64,000 nucleotides of DNA. Origin: a virus. Its lineage: Duplodnaviria > Caudoviricetes. The stretch covers positions 74,503 to 138,502 of the IMG/VR virus record IMGVR_UViG_3300043821_000026, one strand, 5' to 3'. Of this stretch, positions 1 through 9,066 are shown piece by piece. Position numbers and translations under genes: made by a program. The notes beneath the pieces were generated by a model that worked only from the letters and a program-made list of their open reading frames with translations, ran no database searches and was not told the origin of the DNA. The stretch's first letter is position 1; each line of letters begins with the position of its first letter.

Positions 1-668
1 GATGATTTTGGTAAATTAAAATCTTTTTCTATACCAGATATAAAGTATCCATTATTCTTTAAATCAATCAATTTATTTATTCCACCAATATTTTCGATAT
101 ATTCATTTGTAAATGTTATTTTTGGATGTTGATAGTAATTTGAGTAAAAAATAAAAGCTTCTTCTTCTGTGTCAAATCCTTTTACTATATCCATTTTTTT
201 ATATTGCTCTATTCTTACTTCATATTTACAATCTTCATTTAATATAATAGAGTCTTTAACATTATTAAATGTGTGTTTTTTTATATATATATTATCTGAT
301 AAATAAACATTTTTTAATCTAAAATCTTTATAGTTATTATTTAAATAATGAACATATTTATCAGAACCATTTTTATATAATAAAGATAAATATGTTGGTT
401 TACAATTAATATTAGTTATTAATCTTTTTCTATAAATATTCCATAAATTATTTTCAACAATATCTTTGACACCATTGCAATATTTGAATACAACATGAGC
501 TTTATCTCGTGGTTTTGGTTTATCATAAGTATAAAACTTACATACATCACAATGTTTACATTCATTAAATTTATTAATATAATTATTATATTCCTTTATA
601 ATATCTTTTGCATCTTTTCCATGATTAAATGTAACAAAATCTACAAAAGGTATCTTTGCATCTTCCAT
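1..668 (-). CDS. Hypothetical protein, partial (runs off the window start); CxxCxxC near the N-terminus and a possible AP2-like segment (GFDTEEEA)
   Basis: GAGGTG RBS then ATG at 668; open frame MEDAKIPFVDFVTFNHGKDAK... continues to base 1; absent from the ORF track because it has no stop in the window. Confidence 0.7.
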   Translation of the reverse strand, partial: MEDAKIPFVDFVTFNHGKDAKDIIKEYNNYINKFNECKHCDVCKFYTYDKPKPRDKAHVVFKYCNGVKDIVENNLWNIYRKRLITNINCKPTYLSLLYKNGSDKYVHYLNNNYKDFRLKNVYLSDNIYIKKHTFNNVKDSIILNEDCKYEVRIEQYKKMDIVKGFDTEEEAFIFYSNYYQHPKITFTNEYIENIGGINKLIDLKNNGYFISGIEKDFNLPKS

Positions 669-681
669 TATAACACCTCTT

Positions 682-717
682 AAAAAAAATAATCTAAGAG
701 GTCGTTCCTCTTAGATT
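682..717 (-). terminator. Hairpin plus U-tract terminator
   Basis: AATCTAAGAGG-AACGA-CCTCTTAGATT followed by ATTTTTTT on the minus strand. Confidence 0.7.
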
Positions 718-942
718 TAATTCAAATATGAACAATTGTCTAATCTATTTTGGATGAACACTATTTGAATTTAACAAGCAAGTATTAGGTTAATAACTCC
801 TAATAATATATTCTAGAAATATATATACTTACAGGGAGCCTTTCGCTATCGATTTACATTGACTAGAAGACGATATTTAAACCTTTGTCTACACGGTACT
901 GACTCAATAGATTTTTATAGTGAAATCTGTCACTCGTCAATA
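685..942 (-). ncRNA. Candidate stand-alone structured ncRNA (about 255 nt)
   Basis: Own BRE-TATA at 958-976, own terminator at 682-717, no convincing ORF, several stems (TGAC/GTCA, AGATTT/AAATCT, TATTAGG/CCTAATA, TTCAAATA/TATTTGAA). Confidence 0.5.
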
Positions 943-957
943 TAATATTATACAACA

Positions 958-976
958 TAGTATATAAAATTTTCCA
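958..976 (-). promoter_or_regulatory. Archaeal BRE-TATA promoter
   Basis: GGAAAATTTTATATACTA on the minus strand; the same TTTATATACTA core recurs at 1752, 16048, 27880 and 57720. Confidence 0.65.
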
Positions 977-977
977 T

Positions 978-1017
978 AAAAAAAGACCCCAACTTGAATA
1001 CATGAAGAAGTTGGGGT
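978..1017 (-). terminator. Terminator of the tRNA operon
   Basis: ACCCCAACTT...AAGTTGGGGT stem followed by CTTTTTTT. Confidence 0.7.
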
Positions 1018-1046
1018 AATCGCACACAAATTTAAATCAATGAAAA

Positions 1047-1120
1047 TCCCCCCTGCCGGACTCGAACCAGCAACATTTCGGTCTACAGCCGAATGCTCTA
1101 CCAAATTGAGCTAAGAAGGG
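1047..1120 (-). tRNA. tRNA-Tyr(GUA), archaeal type
   Basis: Cloverleaf CCCTTCT...TTCGG-CT-GTA-GA-CCGAA...GGTTCGAGTCC...GGGGGGA; C1-G72 pair and short variable loop. Confidence 0.95.
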
Positions 1121-1123
1121 TTA

Positions 1124-1211
1124 CGCCAGTAACAGGATTTGAACCTGCGATATCGCAATGGATAACAAGATTTCAAGTCTTGCGTCTTTGGCCGAACTAG
1201 ACTATACTGGC
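1124..1211 (-). tRNA. tRNA-Ser(UGA)
   Basis: CAAGA-CT-TGA-AA-TCTTG anticodon arm, long variable arm, G73. Confidence 0.93.
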
Positions 1212-1238
1212 CTATATTTGTCAGTCTATAAATGACAA

Positions 1239-1322
1239 CGCTGATAGCAGGATTCGAACCTGCGAGGTTCTATTGAACCATCAGGGTAGCAACCTGACGC
1301 CTTACCGCTAGACTATACCAGC
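1239..1322 (-). tRNA. tRNA-Ser(GCU)
   Basis: TCAGG-TT-GCT-AC-CCTGA anticodon arm, long variable arm, G73. Confidence 0.93.
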
Positions 1323-1325
1323 AAA

Positions 1326-1397
1326 TAGCTCCATCAGGAGTCGAACCTGAATCTACAGGGCCAAAGCCTATAATGATTGCCATTACACCATAGAGCT
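1326..1397 (-). tRNA. tRNA-Gln(UUG), archaeal type
   Basis: AGCTCTA...ATAGG-CT-TTG-GC-CCTGT...GGTTCGACTCC; A1-U72 pair. Confidence 0.93.
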
Positions 1398-1401
1398 ATA
1401 A

Positions 1402-1550
1402 TTAAGGGTTTTTAATAGGTGGACCCTCATAACCACCTTCTCTTTTAGGTGTGAATTTTTACGAACACCATCAAGATTTTACTCTTGAAATATGCAGATT
1501 TATCATTGACCACTAGTAAGTCTAAAATCTGTGGGGTATTCTCACCAGCT
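1402..1550 (-). ncRNA. Candidate structured ncRNA inside the tRNA operon
   Basis: Four consecutive hairpins (CAGATTT/AAATCTG, TCAAGA/TCTTGA, GGTGT/ACACC, AGGTGG/CCACCT); the last loop (AGGGT) can pair with downstream ACCCT. Confidence 0.5.
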
Positions 1551-1555
1551 TAAAC

Positions 1556-1591
1556 TATCTTTCAATTGGATTTGAACCAATATCTCCCCTA
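1556..1591 (-). pseudogene. tRNA 3' half remnant (T arm plus acceptor strand)
   Basis: AGGGG-AGAT-ATTGG-TTCAAAT-CCAAT-TGAAAGA; no matching 5' half found. Confidence 0.6.
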
Positions 1592-1592
1592 A

Positions 1593-1666
1593 AGGCATTA
1601 GAGGGAATTGAACCCCCAACCTTAGCTTTACAGGAGCCACGCTCTGCCTAGTTGAGCTATAATGCC
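1593..1666 (-). tRNA. tRNA-Thr(UGU), atypical (C33)
   Basis: GGCATTA...TGGCT-CC-TGT-AA-AGCTA...GGGGG-TTCAATT-CCCTC-TAATGCC-T. Confidence 0.8.
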
Positions 1667-1750
1667 ATCAGGATATATTAAATATCCTGACTCATATTAA
1701 AATTGTAGTCACCCCTATCATGAGGAGGTGTATATTTTATTATAATTTAT

Positions 1751-1770
1751 GTAGTATATAAACTTTTCGG
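1751..1770 (-). promoter_or_regulatory. BRE-TATA promoter of the tRNA operon
   Basis: CCGAAAAGTTTATATACTAC. Confidence 0.75.
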
Positions 1771-1771
1771 T

Positions 1772-4711
1772 TTAATCATTATGATTGACTCTATCTTTAA
1801 GCTCTTGTTTTTTACCTGCATTCCATTTTTGTGTTACAGTAAAATATCCTGTAATTCTACTCATACTATAAACATTTTCAGAGCCACAATAAATACAAGA
1901 GTCATTATCACCATTTGCTTGTTTACCACATTCTTTGCATACTGTGAAAGCAGAAGTATATGCCCAAAATTGTATATTTTGTTTTTTAATTTTCTTAGTT
2001 AAACTCATAAGAGATTGTGGGTCCATATAAGCCTCACCTAAGAAACAATTAAGGATACAACCTGCTGGTTCATATTTATGATAAGTATTAGCGTTTTTAA
2101 TATGTTCAATAATACTTCCTTGAGAATCTACAGGTAAGTGATTACTATTTGTATAATAATATCCACCTTCAACTCCTTTACATAATATATCAGGATATAT
2201 TTTTTTATCAATTTCTGCAAAACGATGAGAACATGATTCAGCAGGAGAACCTAAACAAGCAAATCTTAATCCATATTTAGCTTTTTGTTTTTTAGAATAT
2301 TCATTCATAAATTCTAAAATTTCTTCTCCATATTTATTACCTTCAGGAGTATCTAAATCATATCCTGTAAGCATTTTAACAGCTTCATATAATCCACAAG
2401 TACCAAATGTAAATGAAAAGTTACTAATATCATATAATGGTTTACCAGTATATTTATCTTCTTGTAATAAAAACCCTAAATATCCTTCTGTATTAGCTCT
2501 ATCTTCAAAGTTTTGTTTTCTATCCAACATAGACATTGTCCCAATATTCATAAAATGTTCAAGATATTGTTTAAATTCATCCATATTATTACTGATATAA
2601 GCCATTCTTGGAAGATTAAAAGTTATGTAAGCAAAGTTTCCTACATTAAGAGTATCTATTTCCCAATTACCAGTCCAATTAGTTCCGTTAGCAGTTCTAC
2701 AATTTTCACTATGTATACCACCTAATCCACAAACATAATTATGATTATTTTCTATTGTTAAATCATATACATTATCATCATTATTTACAACTTCAATATC
2801 TTTAATAATAGTATTATTTTTTGGAGAATAATTAATACCGAATGTAACTCTATAATTTGGTTTCCAATTATTTGTTTTACCTTTTCTATTATCAATATAA
2901 AGAGTGTTTTGTCTTCCTATATATGATAAAGCATATAATACATCGGTTACTAAATTTTTATCAGAACAAGACCAAACATAGTTATTAGATTGTTTATGAG
3001 CATCTAACATTAAACCTTTAATAATATTAGCTATTTTATTTTTATCAGACCAACATTGAGGAAATGTTTTCTCCCCGTTTTTAGTATATAGTTGTACTAA
3101 TTTATCTCTTATATTTAATTCTCTAATATTAATAGAGTAAGTACCATTATTTTGTTTAGTAATATCATATTTATAACCTAATTTATCGCATAAATTAGTA
3201 ATATATTCTTTTTTCCAATTTAATTTTATATGAAATTCTATAGCATTACTATTTCGCAAAGCTCGTTCATTACTTCGTATATAACCATCAGCTAAAAAAG
3301 CACCTATAAATTCATATTCTAAATCATCAACTGGGATAAATGGTTCGTCAATATAGTTATATAATTCCATACCTACTTTTAAATTTTCAGATTTAATAAT
3401 ACCATCTTTAGTTGGTAATTTATGATTATCGGTTACTTTAAAAATATATCCATTATTACAAGTAATCTTAAATACCTTTTCAGAAACTGGTTTTTTAATA
3501 ATATTAATAACTTTATTCCATTCCTTTGTACCATCTTTATTATATGTCATTACATTATCATTTAATTGTAACTCTTGAGGATATTTAAAACCTTTATCTG
3601 TCATAACAGGGGTATCAGAAGTTAATGCCCCCATTACAGTTGTTGCTGTACCGTTTTGAGGAAGGTCTTGATTTATAAAATATGGAGTAGGGAATTTAGC
3701 TATTAATTCATGAATATTTAATAATAATTCATCATATTCTTCACCCATAAATTCATCACGAAGATTAAATAAAGTATTTGGGAAAATATGACATTTACCC
3801 TTAGCGTCACCTTCATATAAGACTTCTATAAAAGCGTCTATAATCATACGAGCTTCTTTTTTATAGTCATTATATACACCAACTTCACGACCACCGGGAC
3901 CATATGCTGTTAAATCTCGCATAAATGGTGGAACATCTAATTCTAACCCAACAGATGAAAATACTACTTGACCTTTTGATATTAAAGACATATTACAATT
4001 AAAAATAAAATTTTGAATACATTGTTTTACTTCTTCATATGTTAATCCTTCTGCAAATGGCGCTAAGAATATATTAAAGTATGGATACCCTTGACCTCCA
4101 CTAAGAACCGTAGAGCCAGCCATAAAAGCTTGTAAGAGATGATTGAGAAGTACATTTAAGCTTTTAGCTGGTGAAGCACAAGAACAGTTTATACCTTGAC
4201 CATCAATTTTTAAACCATTTTTAATGAAAAATCTGATATCATAGCTAATACAGTTTGCAGGACGAATATTATATGCTTCCATATCATGTATATGAATATA
4301 TCCATCTGTATATGCTTTGCTACATTCTTCGGGCATAGTTAATAGTGCATATTCTTTTAATACAGCATCTGATGCGTATTTAACCACTTGTTCAGGACCA
4401 AAATTAATATTAGCATTATCTTTATTACCACTATCGATTAAATTTTCTAAAGCAGATACGGATAATCCCAATTTTCTACTTTGTTTTTCTGTATCAAATA
4501 ACCCATCTTTAGTTAAATGATAATTAATCATATCTCTTATTTGTGCTGTGGAGATTTGATTAATTCCATCAATATTATTAACTTTTCTAGCTATTCTATT
4601 CTTAATATTTTCTGCTTTTTCTTCATCTAAATCAGTTTCATATAATATATGTTCTTTTATTATTTTTGGTTGAAATTTAGATATATCACCTGTACTATTT
4701 ACGACATCCAT
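1772..4711 (-). CDS. nrdD: Anaerobic (class III) ribonucleoside-triphosphate reductase with N-terminal ATP cone, intein-containing
   Basis: IHIHD, NC, MG|CR catalytic Cys, PAES, CxxC...CxxC and RITGY glycyl-radical motif; start taken as the ATG at 4711. Confidence 0.95.
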   Translation of the reverse strand: MDVVNSTGDISKFQPKIIKEHILYETDLDEEKAENIKNRIARKVNNIDGINQISTAQIRDMINYHLTKDGLFDTEKQSRKLGLSVSALENLIDSGNKDNANINFGPEQVVKYASDAVLKEYALLTMPEECSKAYTDGYIHIHDMEAYNIRPANCISYDIRFFIKNGLKIDGQGINCSCASPAKSLNVLLNHLLQAFMAGSTVLSGGQGYPYFNIFLAPFAEGLTYEEVKQCIQNFIFNCNMSLISKGQVVFSSVGLELDVPPFMRDLTAYGPGGREVGVYNDYKKEARMIIDAFIEVLYEGDAKGKCHIFPNTLFNLRDEFMGEEYDELLLNIHELIAKFPTPYFINQDLPQNGTATTVMGALTSDTPVMTDKGFKYPQELQLNDNVMTYNKDGTKEWNKVINIIKKPVSEKVFKITCNNGYIFKVTDNHKLPTKDGIIKSENLKVGMELYNYIDEPFIPVDDLEYEFIGAFLADGYIRSNERALRNSNAIEFHIKLNWKKEYITNLCDKLGYKYDITKQNNGTYSINIRELNIRDKLVQLYTKNGEKTFPQCWSDKNKIANIIKGLMLDAHKQSNNYVWSCSDKNLVTDVLYALSYIGRQNTLYIDNRKGKTNNWKPNYRVTFGINYSPKNNTIIKDIEVVNNDDNVYDLTIENNHNYVCGLGGIHSENCRTANGTNWTGNWEIDTLNVGNFAYITFNLPRMAYISNNMDEFKQYLEHFMNIGTMSMLDRKQNFEDRANTEGYLGFLLQEDKYTGKPLYDISNFSFTFGTCGLYEAVKMLTGYDLDTPEGNKYGEEILEFMNEYSKKQKAKYGLRFACLGSPAESCSHRFAEIDKKIYPDILCKGVEGGYYYTNSNHLPVDSQGSIIEHIKNANTYHKYEPAGCILNCFLGEAYMDPQSLMSLTKKIKKQNIQFWAYTSAFTVCKECGKQANGDNDSCIYCGSENVYSMSRITGYFTVTQKWNAGKKQELKDRVNHND
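2702..3628 (-). mobile_element. Intein (309 aa) in NrdD with degenerate LAGLIDADG domain; N-terminal Ala
   Basis: MG|ALTSDTPV ... VTDNH (block B) ... FIGAFLADGYI ... VYDLTIENNHNY (block F) ... IHSEN|CRT. Confidence 0.9.
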
Positions 4712-5088
4712 ATAATCATCTCTTAATTTGTTTAATTTTAAAAAAAATTTTAATAAAATAAGTTTAATTTTATATTTTATTTTCAATTATAATGTATATT
4801 TTTTAAAGTATATAAAGATTTTTATTTTTTTCTTTGTTTTTGCAAATCTTTATCAACTTGACTTGCAGTTCTCTTTCTGCAACTATCAAAGTATCTACAA
4901 TCCCAGTCACACTTCATTAATGAAATATCTTTATCTCTTTTTTTACAATAACATTTATTCTTTATTAGCTTCTTGATTGTTGTCTTTTTCATCTTGCTCT
5001 TTCTCCAATTCACAATCTTCCATATTAATAATTTTTCTTAATTTATTACAGTAAACTTTTCCTTGTTTCGCTAACTCTATTAAATCCA

Positions 5089-5715
5089 TTATATAGCCTC
5101 ATTTAATCTTATTTTTATAAGATAATTATTAATATCTTCATAATAATTATCAGATATATTGTTAACTTTATCATTTGATAATTGAAATTTTATATCAAGC
5201 AACTTTTTATTTAAAGCAAAATATTCATCTATCGAATTTACACTTTTTGGTTTAAATTCTTTATCATATAAAAAACAATAATCTTCCATTATTTTATTAT
5301 ATTCATCTATATCGTAATTTTTAGAATCAATGATAGAATCAATTCTATTAATTAATTCATCATTAAAATAAAACATTGGTACTGTATCATTTAAAATAGA
5401 AAGAATATCTAATCGTTTTTGATTATATTTTGTTTTAACATCTGTATCATGTGATAGTAGTTTGTAAAATGATATATCTCCTTTATTATATATATTTCTT
5501 AATACAATGCCTATTTCAAAAAAATTAAATATAACATTACTATTTATTTGACTATTTAAAGTAGGTGATGGTTCATGTGTAACATCTAAAAAATTTTTTG
5601 TATTATCTATATATACACCAGTAATATAATCATCAATCTGATAAATATTAAAAAAATAACGTTTCTGTTCAGAAAAATGATTAACAATAGAATCTAAAAT
5701 AGCAGGAGAAATCAT
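5089..5715 (-). CDS. Hypothetical protein
   Basis: 208-aa ORF translationally coupled to the upstream gene. Confidence 0.7.
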   Translation of the reverse strand: MISPAILDSIVNHFSEQKRYFFNIYQIDDYITGVYIDNTKNFLDVTHEPSPTLNSQINSNVIFNFFEIGIVLRNIYNKGDISFYKLLSHDTDVKTKYNQKRLDILSILNDTVPMFYFNDELINRIDSIIDSKNYDIDEYNKIMEDYCFLYDKEFKPKSVNSIDEYFALNKKLLDIKFQLSNDKVNNISDNYYEDINNYLIKIRLNEAI

Positions 5716-6209
5716 TAAATCTCTCCTTTATGTTTATCATCTTGATAATCACCATCATATTTTATATCACAATTATTTAAATCAAAGCTCATCATTTGAG
5801 CAAATCTTTCATTCATTTCGATACAAAAATTATTTTGACTATGATTTATCATCATAAAAGTTAATGTACCATTGTATCCAGCATCACCAACGCAAGTACG
5901 AACATCTACCCCACATCTTAATAATGTACTACGAGGGAAATATAATTGTACTTGGTCTTTTGGAATATTCATTGGTTCTGATACTTCTGCAATATATACT
6001 ATGTCAGGATATAAAGTATATATTCCATTTTTAGTATTAACGGGTTTATATATTGGTAAGTTTTTATGTCCATTATAAATACCTGTAGGACATCCATCAT
6101 TATCTTCAATAATATATAATTGTCCTAATCTTAAATCTACACCATTTGGTTGTAAAGTTTCACTATCTGTTTCGTAATTATCTTTTAAATATAAATTTCC
6201 ATTAATCAT
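5715..6209 (-). CDS. dut: dUTPase / dCTP deaminase family protein
   Basis: QPNGVDLRL, PRSTLLRCG, DAGYNG, ERFAQM, YDGDYQ motifs; GGTGA RBS before the ATG at 6209. Confidence 0.88.
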   Translation of the reverse strand: MINGNLYLKDNYETDSETLQPNGVDLRLGQLYIIEDNDGCPTGIYNGHKNLPIYKPVNTKNGIYTLYPDIVYIAEVSEPMNIPKDQVQLYFPRSTLLRCGVDVRTCVGDAGYNGTLTFMMINHSQNNFCIEMNERFAQMMSFDLNNCDIKYDGDYQDDKHKGEI

Positions 6210-6876
6210 ATTGTTCACCATTTTCTATTTTATAAAATTCTGTATATAAAAATCTTGCAAATTTAACTGCTATCTTTCTTTGTGTCATATATTTAATATG
6301 TTTCATTGTATAATTCGAATGTTTAAATAAATATTTATCAAAATATTCGTTATACATTTGTTTATATTCAGGGTTGTATTTAATTAACTTTTTAACAACT
6401 TTTAATATAACTTTATTTAATCTATCATTATATTGAATTTTTGAAGTATCCTGTTTAGGATTACCAATTATTTCACCATATTGTTTATTTTTTTTAGTAA
6501 TTTTTTGATATGAATTTCCCATTTTATTGACTGGAGATAATCCACAATAATATATGAATGAATTTTTATTCTTAAATCTATTAATATCTTTAATTAAAAC
6601 AATTAACTCACCTGCATCATAAATAGATATTCCGTCTATATGTTCTAAGCAATCATAGTATTCTGGAATAAATGATATTGTTTGTTTAATTTTTTTATAT
6701 AATAAATCTAATGGAGCGTCTAACGAATTAATACTAATATTAATTAAAGAATTTCTTGCATCATTTGTTAAACCTATAAAATTATTAATTCTAGATTTAT
6801 TTGATTTTTTAGCTTCAAATAATGTTTTATTAGTATTGATTAAGATATTTAATACTTGTAATTGTGCATCATCCAT
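6202..6876 (-). CDS. IS110/Nop-domain protein lacking the RuvC domain (TasA-like)
   Basis: LEHIDGISIYDAGELI..DINRF....F..YCGLSP, YNDRL and H.....RK....F...LY match the IS110 C-terminal/Nop fold; only a coiled coil precedes it. Confidence 0.75.
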   Translation of the reverse strand: MDDAQLQVLNILINTNKTLFEAKKSNKSRINNFIGLTNDARNSLINISINSLDAPLDLLYKKIKQTISFIPEYYDCLEHIDGISIYDAGELIVLIKDINRFKNKNSFIYYCGLSPVNKMGNSYQKITKKNKQYGEIIGNPKQDTSKIQYNDRLNKVILKVVKKLIKYNPEYKQMYNEYFDKYLFKHSNYTMKHIKYMTQRKIAVKFARFLYTEFYKIENGEQYD

Positions 6877-7517
6877 TATCTCACCTTATTAATTCCATTA
6901 ACAGTTTTTTGTCCTATACCTTTTATATTAAGTAGTTCTTCATCTGTTGCTTGTAATACACCTAATGGTGTTTTAAATTCTTTTAGTAATAATTTAGCTG
7001 TTTTTTTACCAACATAATCAATACCTAAAAGAACTTGAATTTTCGAACTAGCGTCTTTCTTTTGAACAATAGGAGGTTCAATTGGTTCAGTATTTTTATT
7101 AACAGTATTAATTATACTTTCAATTAACAATGGCATTGATTTTTTTGTTTCACATTGTAATACTGGAACTTTATATCTAACAGATAAAGAAGCTATATTA
7201 CTATAGTATTGTTTTCTAGTAAAATTTTGATATTTATAATTAATATCGTCTAATTTGCCATAAATAATAATATAACAAAAATCATATTTTTCTTTCATCC
7301 TTAATGCTTGGTCTTGAATGTGTCTACTATTAAAGCTAGACACGAAATCACTTACACTTTTAAGTTCAATCATAATATTAGATAAATCTTGTCTTTTAAT
7401 TAAAACATCACCATCTTCATTATGAGATACGGAGCAAATGCCTGAAAAGTATTCATCAATTATTTTTATTGTACTTGAATCTTCTCTATCATCTATTAAA
7501 ATTTTTAAATCATTCAT
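6876..7517 (-). CDS. ERCC4/XPF (Hef-like) nuclease with HhH motifs
   Basis: IDDRE, GDVLI, IELKSVSDFVSS, C-terminal GIDYVGKK and IKGIGQKT. Confidence 0.9.
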   Translation of the reverse strand: MNDLKILIDDREDSSTIKIIDEYFSGICSVSHNEDGDVLIKRQDLSNIMIELKSVSDFVSSFNSRHIQDQALRMKEKYDFCYIIIYGKLDDINYKYQNFTRKQYYSNIASLSVRYKVPVLQCETKKSMPLLIESIINTVNKNTEPIEPPIVQKKDASSKIQVLLGIDYVGKKTAKLLLKEFKTPLGVLQATDEELLNIKGIGQKTVNGINKVR

Positions 7518-8116
7518 TTATAATCATCTTCCGTTATACGATACCAATCATACTTATCATTAACGTATAAGGAATGATAAGCTGTGGCTTCTATAGCTTT
7601 TTTTATTCTATTACTTGGTTTATTTCTTTTAGTAGAATATAATGAACCAAGAGCTAATTCTTTACCGACTCCTATAGCTACATAATCTCCATCAGGTTCA
7701 AATAAACCAAGATTATCTTCAATCTCAAATATATCACCATTATATACTATTAAAAAATTACTATTAGTTTTAATTTGAGTACCATTCATATCTACTAGTC
7801 CTGATAGTTCTAATTCAGTTTTTAAACAATATAGGAAAGAATTAATTAAATATGTTCTAAAATCTGTTCCTTGTATATAATCAGGAGCTTTATAAGAATA
7901 TCTAATAAAATTGAAAATTGAAAATATACCTGAAAAACCGATAATTAAATGTCTTGTATCAATCTTATTTCCATTTTCATCTACCATATTAAATGGTTTA
8001 GAACAAATTTTAGGATTTTTTGATATTTCTATATTATTTCCTGAACTGATTGCACTATCACTACCAATATATACATCACCTGTTTTTTTATATTTAATTG
8101 CTACAATTACTGTCAT
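7514..8116 (-). CDS. Ntn-hydrolase protease (HslV/proteasome beta-like)
   Basis: N-terminal M-T-V-I-V-A, GSDS, PKI, AIGVG..LALGSL. Confidence 0.8.
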   Translation of the reverse strand: MTVIVAIKYKKTGDVYIGSDSAISSGNNIEISKNPKICSKPFNMVDENGNKIDTRHLIIGFSGIFSIFNFIRYSYKAPDYIQGTDFRTYLINSFLYCLKTELELSGLVDMNGTQIKTNSNFLIVYNGDIFEIEDNLGLFEPDGDYVAIGVGKELALGSLYSTKRNKPSNRIKKAIEATAYHSLYVNDKYDWYRITEDDYK

Positions 8117-8124
8117 ATTTTACC

Positions 8125-9066
8125 TCATATATATAAATAATTTCCATTACAACTTTCATCACATAATCCTTCTAATTTTAATCTTGCACAACTTGGGAAT
8201 AAAACATCAGTTCTATCATATAAATATTCTATTTGATGTTCTGAATTAACACAATGATTAAATTTATTTTCACTAAGAAATCCTTTCATGATATTATGAA
8301 TATCTTCTATTGAGTATCCCATATCCCTCAAGTATGTTATTATATAACCTCTTTCTTGATAGCCAAGATTAGGTTCTAACATCATTTTTGATACACAAGG
8401 TATATAAGCATTACTAAATATGATTTTATTATTTTTATTGATAGGTTGATGTATATTATCAGCTTCAGTATCATATTTTTGTAAATCAAGTTTGTTTAAA
8501 TATAATGTAGGGTGAATATTTCGAGGACTTGTTGCTAAACTTTTAATTTCCTGCAAGGTAAGTTTGATTATTTCATCACTAAATAATGGTATACAATACC
8601 TTCCTGTTTTTAAATTAATTGTATTAGGACAACGACGCACTCTCATTAAGTCACCAATTACAGAATTATCACTTAAAGTATTTGTTTTATGATGAAGTTC
8701 TGTTACGAAGTTTTTAATAGCTTTTTTAGGATTTTTCAATGAAACAGATGTATCAACATCTATTAATATATGAAATCCTCTACCTGAATATAATACATTA
8801 TGTGCTATATTATTATCTCTTAAATATTTAACAACAATTTGGCAATTATTATATGCCACTATATCATCATTATTTATTGGGTCAAAATCTAAAAATACAT
8901 ATTTTACAATTGCATTATACGCTTTTGGGTCTTCGTTAAAATTATAAACTGAAATATATAAATCTTTCCAACCATTATTGTTGTTAATTATAGTATCCCA
9001 TTTTGTGTCATCAATTGGTAATGTAATTCTAACGTTTGGTTTTAGAAATATCTGACCAACTATCAC
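8125..9066 (-). CDS. Archaeo-eukaryotic primase, PriS catalytic domain fused to a PriL-like Fe-S C-terminal domain
   Basis: FLDFD, SGRGFH, RVRRCPNTIN; C-terminal PC...PSCARLKLEGLC...C. Confidence 0.88.
   Translation of the reverse strand: MIVGQIFLKPNVRITLPIDDTKWDTIINNNNGWKDLYISVYNFNEDPKAYNAIVKYVFLDFDPINNDDIVAYNNCQIVVKYLRDNNIAHNVLYSGRGFHILIDVDTSVSLKNPKKAIKNFVTELHHKTNTLSDNSVIGDLMRVRRCPNTINLKTGRYCIPLFSDEIIKLTLQEIKSLATSPRNIHPTLYLNKLDLQKYDTEADNIHQPINKNNKIIFSNAYIPCVSKMMLEPNLGYQERGYIITYLRDMGYSIEDIHNIMKGFLSENKFNHCVNSEHQIEYLYDRTDVLFPSCARLKLEGLCDESCNGNYLYI

Noticed and set aside
1556-1591. Permuted or split tRNA
   Set aside because: No complementary 5' half or bulge-helix-bulge partner was found in the window.
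6202-6876. Active IS110 transposon
   Set aside because: No RuvC domain, no catalytic serine loop and no non-coding end for a bridge RNA.
5000-7600. TIGR array next to the TasA-like gene
   Set aside because: The flanks are fully coding, and I saw no 36-nt periodic CCA-N9-TG pattern anywhere in the window, only isolated matches.
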